DNA of 53,794 nt from an uncultured Chloroflexia bacterium. GTDB lineage: Bacteria > Chloroflexota > Limnocylindria > QHBO01. Below the pieces are notes generated by a model. That model did no database searches. It was not told the DNA's origin and saw nothing but the letters and a program-made list of their open reading frames with translations. The number at the start of each line of letters is the position of its first letter. The stretch's first letter is position 1. The stretch spans positions 1 through 53,794 of the forward strand of contig CAWHAZ010000006.1 in NCBI GenBank assembly GCA_963827475.1. The letters run 5' to 3'. Shown in pieces: positions 39,411 to 49,601 of the stretch. The position numbers were made by a program, and so were the translations under genes.

Positions 39411-39881
39411 CTATTCGACGTCGAAGGTGGTGCGCATGCCCTCGGCGTAGTGCGCCTCGTCCTCATCCGCGCTGTAGATGTTGCACAGGAGGACGTAGCT
39501 GCCGGCTTCCAGGTCGGCGGTGACCTCCTGGGTCTCACCCACGGGAATGTCCTCGATCTCGTCGATGACTTCCATACCCTCGCCGCTCTCGTCGACCGCG
39601 CCAGTCTCATCAGTCGGGAGATCCGCCGGGTCGAGATCGGTTCGGATGATGACGAACTCGTGAATGTCGTCCGGTCCGTCGTTGGTGACCGAGAACGTCA
39701 CCTCGCCGGCGGGCGCCGACGCTTCAGACACCACGACGGCCCACTCCTGCAGGGTCACGTCGATGGTCGATCCGCCTCCGGCCGCGCTCGGGCTTGAGCT
39801 GGCACTGGGGCTGCAGGCGGGCAGGAGCAGGAGGGCGAGCACGACCGTTGATGCCGCGACTCGCCTGAATCGTCCGTTCAT
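39411..39881 (-). CDS. Cupredoxin (blue copper) lipoprotein
   Basis: Lipobox LPAC; HEF and C-N-I...HY-x-x-GM type 1 copper ligands. Confidence 0.85.
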   Translation of the reverse strand: MNGRFRRVAASTVVLALLLLPACSPSASSSPSAAGGGSTIDVTLQEWAVVVSEASAPAGEVTFSVTNDGPDDIHEFVIIRTDLDPADLPTDETGAVDESGEGMEVIDEIEDIPVGETQEVTADLEAGSYVLLCNIYSADEDEAHYAEGMRTTFDVE

Positions 39882-39903
39882 GGGGTTACCTCCTTGGCGA
39901 CGT

Positions 39904-40806
39904 CTAGTGTCCCGAATCGGCCTGCGCGTGTCGAACCGGGTCGGATCCGTCCCGCAGCAGGGCGCCGCAGCCCAGGAGCATGGACAGGCCGTTGAACCAG
40001 ATCACGGGCAGGGCGAGGAGGCACGCGGCGGGGACGAGCCACGGCCGGTCGTTTCGGGCGGCCCACCACAGCATCGCGACCGCCAGCGGCAGGCGAATGA
40101 ACAGCGGCACGGGGACGGACGACGCATACGGTCCGCCCGGGTCCTCACCGAAGACGATGGACAGCCAGTCGCCCCACAGCGCAGGCGCGGCGATGAACGA
40201 GAGCGCGGCGCCCGCGGCGGTCACGATCACGGCCAGGCCGAACTCCGGCCAGCGGCCGCTGAAGCCGTGCCACAGGGCTCCGATGCCGGGCGTCACCTTG
40301 GTGAGCGCCAGGCCCGCCCAGGCGACCGGGTAGGTCAGCGCCACGACCGCGCCAAGGGCGAGGAACAGGTTCATGTTCCCGGCCCAGATGTCCGCTCCGG
40401 CGAGGAACGCGAGGAGCGGCCACATCGTGCGGTATCGGCGCGGGACCCGCCACAGCATGTACACCGCCGCCGAGGTCAGCAGGGTCGTCCAGGCGAACAG
40501 GAAGACCGGCCACGGCAGCTGGCCGAAGGGGCCGAGGACCTGGAGGAACGGTGGCGGGTAGAGGAACGATCCGATGTCGCCGACCGCCGCCCCCGCATAC
40601 GGATCGGCGCTGCGGAGGGCGTCGTAGTAGGCCCGCGTGTCCCAGGCCAGGTACTCGACGCGGAGGTTCGACACCACCGCGGCATAGGTGAACGTCGACG
40701 CGATGATCAGCACCACGGCAATCGGGGCGAGACGCAGCCCCCATCGGGCCGGTGCGCGATCAGCCGCCAGCCACCGATCGCGGTATGCCGCGACGGTCTC
40801 CTCCAT
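39904..40806 (-). CDS. Glycosyltransferase family 87 (GT-C) membrane protein
   Basis: D-x-x-x-YY, FLYPP, GN, K-x-x-PG in a polytopic protein. Confidence 0.8.
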   Translation of the reverse strand: MEETVAAYRDRWLAADRAPARWGLRLAPIAVVLIIASTFTYAAVVSNLRVEYLAWDTRAYYDALRSADPYAGAAVGDIGSFLYPPPFLQVLGPFGQLPWPVFLFAWTTLLTSAAVYMLWRVPRRYRTMWPLLAFLAGADIWAGNMNLFLALGAVVALTYPVAWAGLALTKVTPGIGALWHGFSGRWPEFGLAVIVTAAGAALSFIAAPALWGDWLSIVFGEDPGGPYASSVPVPLFIRLPLAVAMLWWAARNDRPWLVPAACLLALPVIWFNGLSMLLGCGALLRDGSDPVRHAQADSGH

Positions 40807-40927
40807 CGGACCCCGATCCTAAACAAGACCGCCGGAAAGCGGAAGAGCCACTTGGCCCGGATTTGACGGTCCATTGCCCGTGGCCCGCTGCTGGCTGGGT
40901 GTTGGAACCCTCTGGCAGACTAGCCTC

Positions 40928-42107
40928 GTGCGAGAACGGCTGAACTGGATCGACTGGCTGAAGGTGCTGGTGGTCGTCGGCGCGTTCCTGTTCCACGCGG
41001 CCCAGCCGTTCGTGGCCACCACGTGGCTGATCAACGACACCGAGAAGAGCCTGCCCCTCAGCGTGGCCTCCGGGTTCGGCTACCTGTTCGGCATGCCGCT
41101 GATGTTCTTCCTGGCCGGGGCCGCCACGTGGCTCGCCGTCGAGCGGCGAGGCATCGGCGGTCATACCGGGCTCCGCCTGCGGCGGCTGCTCATCCCGCTG
41201 GTGCTGGGCCTCGTGATCCTCGGCCCGCCCCAGGCCTGGGTGGCCTACGTGGCCGGCGGCGGCGAGGCGGGGCCGCTCGGGTTCCTGGCCACCTACGTGG
41301 CGGAGCTCAACCCCATCCTGAACCCGCGGTGGTTCGGCGACGTCGGCCACCACCTGTGGTTCCTCGCCTTCCTGTTCCTGTACGTGCTGGTCACCCTCCC
41401 CCTGCTGTCGTGGCTCCGCTCACGGCGCGCGGCCGGCCGGGACCTGCTGCGTCGGCCGGGTGGCGGAAGGTCGGTTCGGCTTGCTATGGCTCGTCGTGCC
41501 CATCGCCGCGGCACAGGTCGTTCTCCGGCCGCTATTCCCGGAGTACCGCGACTGGGCCGACTTCGCGCTGTGGCTCGGATACTTCGTGATCGGCATCGGC
41601 GCGATGGCCGACTCGCGGGTCATGCCCGCCATCCTCCGGCGCCGGCGGGTCACGCTGTGGATCACCCCGCTGGTCGCCGTCGCCTACCTGCCGGTCGTGG
41701 CCTTCGGGTCGCCGGTCGACATCGAGCATGACCCGGGTTTCACGGCCGCTGGACTGGCGTACGTCGTCTGGCGGACCGGCCTGGCCTGGGTCATGACCCT
41801 GGTCCTGGTCGGGTTCGCGGCCACCTACTTCACCGCCCGACCCCGCTTCCTGGGCTGGGCGAGCGCGATGGTCCTGCCGTTCTACGTCCTCCACCACCCG
41901 GTGACCGTGCTGGTCGCCGCGCTGGTCGTGCCCCTGTCGCTCGGGCTCTACCTGAAGTTCGGGCTCATCGTGCTCATCGCGGGCACGGTGACGGTCGGCC
42001 TGTGCCTGGCCCTCGACCTGGCGACGTCGGCGATCGGCAGCCGACTGCGCTCGCGCGAACCGCTCCCCCGGCCGAGCGGGGAGCCGGCGGCGGAGTCCCC
42101 GCCATGA
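40928..42107 (+). CDS. Acyltransferase family 3 (OpgC-like), frameshift near 41460
   Basis: R-x-x-WIDWLK, FH, MPLMFFLAG, HLWFL-x-x-L, PFYVLH. Confidence 0.85.
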
Positions 42108-43976
42108 CGGTCGTCCGCGGCGATCCCCTGGCCGTCCCGGCTGCCGACCTGCCGGCCAGCGTGGTGGCCCTCGTCCAGCGCAGCGTCGAGCGCAACCCCG
42201 ACCGGGAGGCCATCCGCTGGAAGGCGCCCGGTGGCTGGTCGAGCTGGACCTACCGCCAGCTGTGGGACCAGGTCGCGGCCGCGTCGATCGGCCTGCGCGG
42301 ACTCGGCATGGGCGCCGGGGACCGGGTCGTGATCCTCAGCCGCTCGCGCCCCGAGTGGCTCGTCGCGGACCTCGCCTGCCAGGCGCTCGGCGCGGTGACC
42401 TGCCCGCTGTACCCCGGCGATCCGCCGGCCCGCCTCGCCAGCCTGTCCCGGGCGGTCGGCGCCCGATGGTTCATCGTCGAGGACGCGCGGCTCCTCGCCC
42501 GGCTCCGCTCCGGGATGGGCGACGCGCCGCTGCCCGGCCCGGTCGTGCTGTTCGACGCCCACGACGGGGGTGGCCTGCCCGCCCTCGCGGACCTCGCCGT
42601 CGCCCCGTCGTCCGCGGCGCTGGACAGTTGGGAGCGACGTGGCGTGCGATCCATCCCGCCCAGGTCTCGACCATCGTCCACACCATCGGTACCGACGGTG
42701 TCCCCCTCGGGGTGGTGGTGGCCCACGGCAACCTCGTTCACTCGTTCCACGCCATCATCCAGGCCATTCCGATCACCACCGACGACACCGTCCTCTCGGT
42801 GCTGCCGATGAGCCACATGTTCGAGCGCGGGGCGGGAATCCTGGCGCCCATCGGCGTCGGCGCCACGGTGGCGTTCGCGGAGCGCCAGATCGAGCGCTGG
42901 GCCGCCGACATGGCCGAGGTGAAGCCCACCCTGATGGCCACCATCCCGCTCTTCTTCGAGCGTCTCGAGCAGCGGGTCCTGGCCGACCTCGCCGCGGGGC
43001 CCGGGCTACCGCCGGGCGCTGTTCGGATGGGCGGCCGGGCTCGGCCGCCGCCACTATGCCAACCACCTCGCCGGTCGGACCGACGGCCCATGGCTCCGCC
43101 TGCGCCGATGGGTGGCGGCCCGAACGGTGCTCGCACCACTGCGGGGAGCGCTCGGTGGACGTCTGCGCTACCTCCTGTCAGGCGGCGCGGCGCTCCCCGA
43201 GTCCACCGGCCTGTTCTTCGAGTCGATCGGCATCCCGATCCTGGAGGGCTACGGATTGACCGAGACGGCGCCGATCCTGACCGCCAACGACCCGGCGTCG
43301 TACCGATACGGAACCGTCGGCAAGGCGGTGGCGGGCACCGAGCTGCGGCTCGATCCGGTCCAGCGGCGAGATCCAGGCCCGCGGCCCGCAGCTGATGCTC
43401 GGCTATCTGGATCGGCCCGCCGAGACTGCGCGCGTGCTCGATGCCGAGGGTTGGCTCCACACCGGCGACGTGGGCGAGTTCGATGACGCCGGCCGGCTGC
43501 GCATCACCGGGCGCGTGAAGAACCTGCTCGTCCTGGCCACCGGCAAGAACGTGGCCCCGGCCCCGATCGAGGACGCGGTCGCCGAGTCGCCGTTCATCCG
43601 CCAGGCCGTGCTGCTGGGTGACGGGCGGGACGCCACCGGGATCCTGCTCGTGCCCGACCTCGAGGCGCTGGAGGGCCGGGCAGAGGTGACGGCGCTGCTG
43701 CGGCAGGAGGTCGAGCGTCTGACCGTGGATTTCGCGAGCTACGAGCGGCCACGCCGCACGGTGGTCATGCCCCGTCCCCTGTCGGCGGAGCACGGTGAGC
43801 TCGACGCCGCCGGACGTCCGGTCCGCGCGGTGGTCATCGAGCACTTCCCGGACCAGGTCGCGGAGCTGTACGAACGCTCCGCGCGGGAGGGTCAGCGGCC
43901 CGAGTCGCCCGCGGCGCGCCACCGAGAGGCGAGCGCAGACCAGCAACCCGAGTCTACGGCCAACGCGCCGGGCTGA
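42104..43976 (+). CDS. Long-chain acyl-CoA ligase-like protein with degenerate ATP-binding motifs (frameshifted)
   Basis: SRPEW, LPMSHMFER, SGGA, EGYGLTE, TGD, GRVKN, GKNVAP across four frames. Confidence 0.85.
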
Positions 43977-44019
43977 CCGCCAACGCGCCGGGCCGGCGGC
44001 CGCCGCCGTACGATGGGGC

Positions 44020-44091
44020 GGGCCGTTAGCTCAGCGGCAGAGCAGGGGACTTTTAATCCTCGTGTCGTGGGTTCGAATCCCACACGGCCCT
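44020..44091 (+). tRNA. tRNA-Lys (TTT)
   Basis: GGGCCGT/ACGGCCC acceptor stem, CTTTTAA anticodon loop, GGTTCGAATCC; CCA not encoded. Confidence 0.93.
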
Positions 44092-44169
44092 CTTCAAAAA
44101 ATGCCGGTTTGCAAAAGGACTTTTTCGAGCGTACGGTGGAGCAACTCGCAACAGAATACGGAGTTGACC

Positions 44170-45083
44170 ATGACCACCCGGTCACCGCGATCTCAGATCA
44201 GGCGAGCGCCGCCTGTTCGAGCGGCCGTCGTGTTGGCAGTCCTCACCCTAGTAGCGATGATGGCCCTGGCACCGGGGGTCATGGCTGGGGGGACGGTCGT
44301 GGTCACGACCATTCCGGGCGGGGGATGGATCAACAGCATGGACAACACCGGCGGGGGAAGCACGTCGCTCGTCGCGGGCCCTGGCCCCGGGACCCTGGGA
44401 ACCGGCAGTCTCCAGCTCACAATCGCCACGAACACGGACTTCGCCGGCTTGGAGCACCCCTACCTGCCTGCCGGCATCGCATTCGCCGATCTGACCGGCG
44501 CGAGCTGGCGAACGTTCGTGACCGGCGCGACGGGCAACCCCGATGCGGAACCAGCCGCGCTGAAGTTCACCGGCTACCAGGACGGGGTCTTCCCGTTCAA
44601 GGGCTTTCACGACCCTCGTCGTGGAACTGGTCTACAACGGGGGCGCCACGCCGAACGTCTGGCAGGACAACGTGCTCGCAGGTCCGACGATGGTCTGGCA
44701 AACCACCGACAGCGGGGATGGCTTCCGCGTTCTGCAGCCGACACCTTGTTCTGCACCTTCGCCGAATTCAAAGCGACGTACCCGACCGCGCGATTCATTG
44801 GCGTTCAGGTTGCGAGTCGGCACCGGCGTCCCGGCAGTGACGAGTTTCGCCGACGGCGTGTCGGTGACCACCTCGTGACGGGACGCCGGTGACGGAGGCG
44901 TGGGACTTCGAGGTTGCAGGAGCTCCGGCTGCCACTCCGGCTGCCAGCATTCCGAGTACCGGCATGGACCCGCTGGGCCTGCAGTCTGGCTCCGGACTCG
45001 TCATTGCGTTCGGATCGCTAACGCTGCTGTCGGCCCTGGCGATCGCGGTCGTCCGGGTCCAGGGGCGCCGCCTCAGCCGCTGA
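44170..45083 (+). CDS. Secreted/surface protein with LPXTG-like C-terminal sorting signal (frameshifted)
   Basis: GGAG then ATG, signal peptide; C-terminus IPSTG + hydrophobic helix + RRLSR. Confidence 0.65.
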
Positions 45084-45127
45084 GGGCAACGTCTCCCTCC
45101 GTTAACGCCGGTCCAGCGGGGCCGGCG

Positions 45128-46105
45128 TTACGGAATACGAGCGAACCAGGCGAGCGAGCCGAGCGCGGCCAGCGCTGCCGCCACGAGCGCGGCAAGGGCG
45201 AGGCCATCGGTGATCTCGCGCGGCTCCGTCCGCGTGCCGACGCCCTCGCCGAGGTCCTCGAACACGGACACGATCTCCTCGGCCGAGTCCGCCTCGAACA
45301 CCGTGCCACCGGTGGTTTCGGCGATGTCGCGCAGCGCCTCGCGATCGACCGGGACGGGGACCGTCATGAAGTCGACCACCACCGACCCGTGATCGGTGCC
45401 GAAGGCCACGGTGCTGACCTTGACGCCGCGGCGCTGCGCCTCGCGGGCAGCCTCGTCGTCCGGTCGCCCCACCGTCGTGTCGCCGTCCGACATCAGCACG
45501 ATCGACCCTGCGCCGTCCTGCGCGTCGGCGGGCATGTCCGACTCGAGCACGTCCGACTCGAGCAGATCCAGCGAGGTGTAGATGGCTTCGCCGATCGCCG
45601 TTCCCTGGCCCAATGACAGTCGGTCGATCGCGCGGTCGAGGACCGTCTTCGACGTCGTCGGAGGGATGACCACCCGCGCCGTCTGGTCGAACGCGACCAG
45701 GCCCACCCGAACACCGGCTGGAACGACCTCGATGAACCGATGGGCCGCCTCACGGGCGGCCACGATGCGGCTGGGCGTGACGTCCGTCGCCTCCATCGAG
45801 ATCGAGGTGTCGAACGCGAGAACGACCGTCGGCTCGTTCGCGACCTCGGTCGCCATGGCGGGGCGGGCAGCCGCGACGACGATCAGGGCCGTCGCCGCCA
45901 GGTAGACCGCGGCGACGACATGGCGCCGAAGACCTGGGCGCCGCGGGGCCACCGCGTCGATCAGGTCCGGATCGGTGAATCGAACCACGTAGGCCTGGCG
46001 TCGGCGCTGCCTGACGAGATACAGCACCGCAAGCAACAGCGGCACGAGCAGGAGGGCGAAGCGCTCGGGCGCCAGGAACGTGAGATCTGGCGCGAACGGG
46101 ATCAT
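45128..46105 (-). CDS. vWA domain membrane protein (BatA-like)
   Basis: N-terminal TMs, ARP, MIDAS DTSIS, TAIG, SDG, C-terminal TM. Confidence 0.92.
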   Translation of the reverse strand: MIPFAPDLTFLAPERFALLLVPLLLAVLYLVRQRRRQAYVVRFTDPDLIDAVAPRRPGLRRHVVAAVYLAATALIVVAAARPAMATEVANEPTVVLAFDTSISMEATDVTPSRIVAAREAAHRFIEVVPAGVRVGLVAFDQTARVVIPPTTSKTVLDRAIDRLSLGQGTAIGEAIYTSLDLLESDVLESDMPADAQDGAGSIVLMSDGDTTVGRPDDEAAREAQRRGVKVSTVAFGTDHGSVVVDFMTVPVPVDREALRDIAETTGGTVFEADSAEEIVSVFEDLGEGVGTRTEPREITDGLALAALVAAALAALGSLAWFARIP

Positions 46106-47044
46106 CGGGCAGCTCCGGTGGTGGGGTGGGACGCCGCCTGCCGACCGAGCGCTCGGGAGCGACGGCGCCGGTCCAGGCAGGCCGCGAGCGGACCAATCCA
46201 CTCCCTGTCCGTCCGGAGTCGCAGGTGCGTCGCGCCGGCTCGCCGAATCGCGGACGACCTCGCGGCGCTGCGACGATCGGCAACCTCGGCCAGGCGGACG
46301 CGGAAGCGCTCGTCACTCGTGTCGATCGTCCGCTGGCGGCCGGTCTCGGGATCCTCGATCACCAGCAGGCCGACATCAGGCAGTCGGAGCTCGCGCGGGT
46401 CGAGGACCTCGACCGCGATGACCTCGCTTCGGCGCCCCAGCCGCGCAAGCGCCGGGCTCCAGGTGTCGATGGGAGCGATGAAGTCCGAGACCACGATCGC
46501 GAGCCCACCTCGTCGCAGGACGTGGCGGAGACCGTCGATGGCGCGACCGAGGTCGACCTGTCCCCCGAGCGGTGACCGCGCGACGCTGCCCAAGACGCCC
46601 GCCAGATGCCGTCGACCGCCGCGGATCGGCACGATCCGTGGCCCATCGGCGGTCGCCACCACCGCGCCGATCCGGTCGCCGCCGAGCGACGGCGAGCGCA
46701 GATATGGCCGATGCGACGGTGACCGCCAGATCGGCCTTCCGCCAGCCGACCGTCCCGAAATCGAGGCTGCCGGACCGGTCGACGAGGACGGCGACGTCGA
46801 GGTCGCGCTCCTGGATCGCGTCGCGGACGTGCGGTTCGCCGGTCCGGGCCAGGATCGACCAGTCCATCCGGCGGACGTCGTCGCCCGGCTCGTACGGGCG
46901 TGCTTCTCCGGGCTCGACACCGTGGCCGAGCACCAGCGAGGCATGGCGACCGTCTCGACGGCCGAAGACCTTGTGGCTGACCGCGAGCTCGATGCGGCGG
47001 ATCCGTGCCGGCAGGTCGATCCCGGCACCCGGCGCGGAGGTCAC
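46102..47044 (-). CDS. DUF58 family protein (frameshift near 46690)
   Basis: RPYEPGDDVRRMDW, VDRSGSL, DRIG, VSDF, DPRE, DPETG. Confidence 0.88.
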
Positions 47045-48154
47045 CTCGCGGCCGGTTGGTCGCCCGGCATGACGAGCGGTGGCGTCGCCCCGGGCGCGCC
47101 CGAGGACGTGCTGAAGGCCGGAACGGGTTCCGGCATCGGCTGCGCCGACTGGGCCTGCGCCGCGAAGGTTGGCGTATCGCACGGTATCGCCGGGAGCCGG
47201 GACCGTCGTGAGCAGCTCGACGAGGACGTCGTCGATCGTGAACCCCTCGGCCAGTGCCCGGTAGGACAGCGCCAGCCGCGCATTGAGGATGTCGTACGCG
47301 ACGTCGTACACGTCCTGCGCCACGGCACGCTCCCGTCCGCGCAGGAGCGCCATGGCCCGGGCGCTCCGGACCAGCCCGAGCGATGCGCGCGGGCTGGCGC
47401 CGTACTCGAGCAGACCCACCAGCTTCGGCAGCCCATGCGCCGCAGGATCACGGGTCGCGAGCACCAGCCGGATCGCGTAGTCGATCGTTGCCTCATCGAC
47501 CGCGATTCGCCGAGCCGCCTGCTGGAGGCCAACCACGTCGGCAGGATCGAGCAGGCGGGCCGCCTGGGGTGGCTGGTCGGCCATCCGGGCGACGATCGCG
47601 CGCTCCTCGGTCGGGGTCGGATAGTCGACCGGGACGCGCATCAGGAACCGATCGCGCTGCGCCTCGGCGAGCGGATAGACGCCCTCCGACTCGACGGGAT
47701 TCTGGGTGGCAACCACCAGGAACGGCTGCGGCATCGGGAAGGTGCGCCCGCCGACCGTGACCTGCCGCTCGGCCATCGCCTCCAGCAGCGCCGACTGGAC
47801 GCGTGCTGGGGCGCGGTTGATCTCGTCAACGAGGACCACGTTGGCCAGGATCGGCCCGGGTTCCACGTCGAACGCCTCAGTCGAGGGCCGGAAGATCCGA
47901 GTCCCGACGATGTCGGATGGGATCAGGTCCGGCGTGAACTGGATGCGATTGAAGGAGCCGCCAAGGATCCGCGCCAGGGTCGCCAGCAGCAGCGTCTTGC
48001 CGAGGCCCGGCGCGCCCTCGAGCAGGACGTGCCCGTCTGCCATGACGGCGACGAGGAGCCGATCGACGACCCGATCCTGGCCGACGATGACCCGGCCCAG
48101 CTCGTGGCGGACCTGGGCGAGGCGGGTGGTGGAGAGATCGATGTTCAAGTTCAT
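47041..48154 (-). CDS. MoxR family AAA+ ATPase (frameshift near 47180)
   Basis: GHVLLEGAPGLGKT, RIQFTPDL, DEINRA, ATQNP, GASPRA. Confidence 0.93.
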
Positions 48155-49470
48155 ATTCCCTGGCCATCCGTGTCGGTGTCTGGGGCGAATGGGTCCGGCA
48201 TCCCGTCTTGGCTCAGCCCGCCGAACAGCTCGTCCATGAGCTGCTGCATCAGGTCGTCGAACGCCTCAACGGACGGGTCATCCGCACCATCGGGCGCAGG
48301 AGCCGGGTCCTGTTCCGGCGCCGGCTGAGGCACCGCGGCGTCCAGCTCATTCAGGAGCTCATCGAGCAGCTGGCGGAGGAGCTGGTCGGCCATCTCGGAG
48401 CCGCCGGAGGGCCCATCCGGCGCCTGCGATCCGTCGGGCCCGAGGAACTGGTCGAACAGGTCGTCGAGACCGTCCAGCCCGTCAGGACCGAGGAACTGGT
48501 CGAACATCCCACCCAGCGGGTCCATGCTGTCGGCGGGGTTGTTGTCCTCGGGCCTCCACGTGCCGTCCTTGACCTTTTCCAGGATCTGGGCGGCCTGGTC
48601 GACCGGCACGGCGAAGCCGATGCCGTCGCTGCCGCCCGAGGCGCTGGCGATGGCGGTGTTGATGCCGATCGCCCGACCTTCCCCGTCGATCAGCGGACCG
48701 CCGGAGTTGCCGGAGTTGATGGCCGCATCGGTCTGGATCAGGTCGTGCAGCTCGCCCATCGGCGTCGGGACGGTGCGACCGAGCGCGCTCACGATGCCGG
48801 TGGTGACCGTCTGGCTCAGGCCGAACGGGCTCCCGATGGCGATCGTCATCTCGCCCACCTGCACCTCGGCGAGGGCGCCGAGGTCGAGGGGCTGCAGGTC
48901 GGTCGCGCTCTCCTCGGCCTGGATGACTGCGGTGTCGATCGATTTGTCGACCGCGACCACCGTGCCGGAGATGGTCGTCCCGTCGTGGAGCGTGAGGGTG
49001 ACGACGTCCGAGCCGCCGACGACATGCGAGGCGGTGAGGATGAGTCCCCCGTCACCGGCCACGAAGCCGGAGCCCATGGCACCGCCGGCCTCGATCTGCA
49101 CGACCGAGGGCAGGAGCCTGGCGGTCATGTCCGCGAGCGGCTCATCGCTCGATGGGGGCAGCACCGCGCCCGCCTGGTCCGGCCCGGCTGCGCCACCGCC
49201 CGTCGCGGCCAGCAGCGCCCCGAGGTTGTCGCCGATGGCGAGCAGCCCGGTGCCGACGAGCGCGATGGCGGAGACCAGGATGGCCGTACCAACGATCAGC
49301 CGGCGCCGGGGCCACCGCCCCGAGGGATCGACAGTGGGCATCGGCGATGCGCCGGCACCGGCCGTCGCGGCCACGAACGATGGGGTGGTGGGCCAGACGA
49401 GGGGCGGCGTTGGCGGAAGGTCGCGCCAGCTCTTGTGCTGGCGATCGTCGCTGGCGAAGGGGTCGTCCAC
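48151..49470 (-). CDS. Membrane-anchored trypsin-like (HtrA-type) serine protease without PDZ
   Basis: TM helix, TASHV, IQTDAAINSGNSGGPL, GIGFA; acidic C-terminal tail. Confidence 0.9.
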   Translation of the reverse strand: MDDPFASDDRQHKSWRDLPPTPPLVWPTTPSFVAATAGAGASPMPTVDPSGRWPRRRLIVGTAILVSAIALVGTGLLAIGDNLGALLAATGGGAAGPDQAGAVLPPSSDEPLADMTARLLPSVVQIEAGGAMGSGFVAGDGGLILTASHVVGGSDVVTLTLHDGTTISGTVVAVDKSIDTAVIQAEESATDLQPLDLGALAEVQVGEMTIAIGSPFGLSQTVTTGIVSALGRTVPTPMGELHDLIQTDAAINSGNSGGPLIDGEGRAIGINTAIASASGGSDGIGFAVPVDQAAQILEKVKDGTWRPEDNNPADSMDPLGGMFDQFLGPDGLDGLDDLFDQFLGPDGSQAPDGPSGGSEMADQLLRQLLDELLNELDAAVPQPAPEQDPAPAPDGADDPSVEAFDDLMQQLMDELFGGLSQDGMPDPFAPDTDTDGQGI

Positions 49471-49601
49471 GGGAGCGGGCCTCCGGATCGGTACGGTCGG
49501 ATGTAGGTCGGACCGATGCCGGTCCGGCTTGTGATCCGGAGGCTAGGGAATGGCCGATAACGCGGGCATTCGGACGGTATAAGCGCGACCTAAAGATCCG
49601 G

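Noticed and set aside
43959-43993. Short direct repeat GCCAACGCGCCGGGC around the ligase stop codon
   Set aside because: Two copies of a 15-mer with no associated element; probably local slippage.
46376-48154. Apparent MoxR-DUF58 fusion (592-aa ORF)
   Set aside because: A shift near 47180 restores a Pro/Ala tail ending at 47041 with a GTGA overlap onto the DUF58 start; most likely an indel error.
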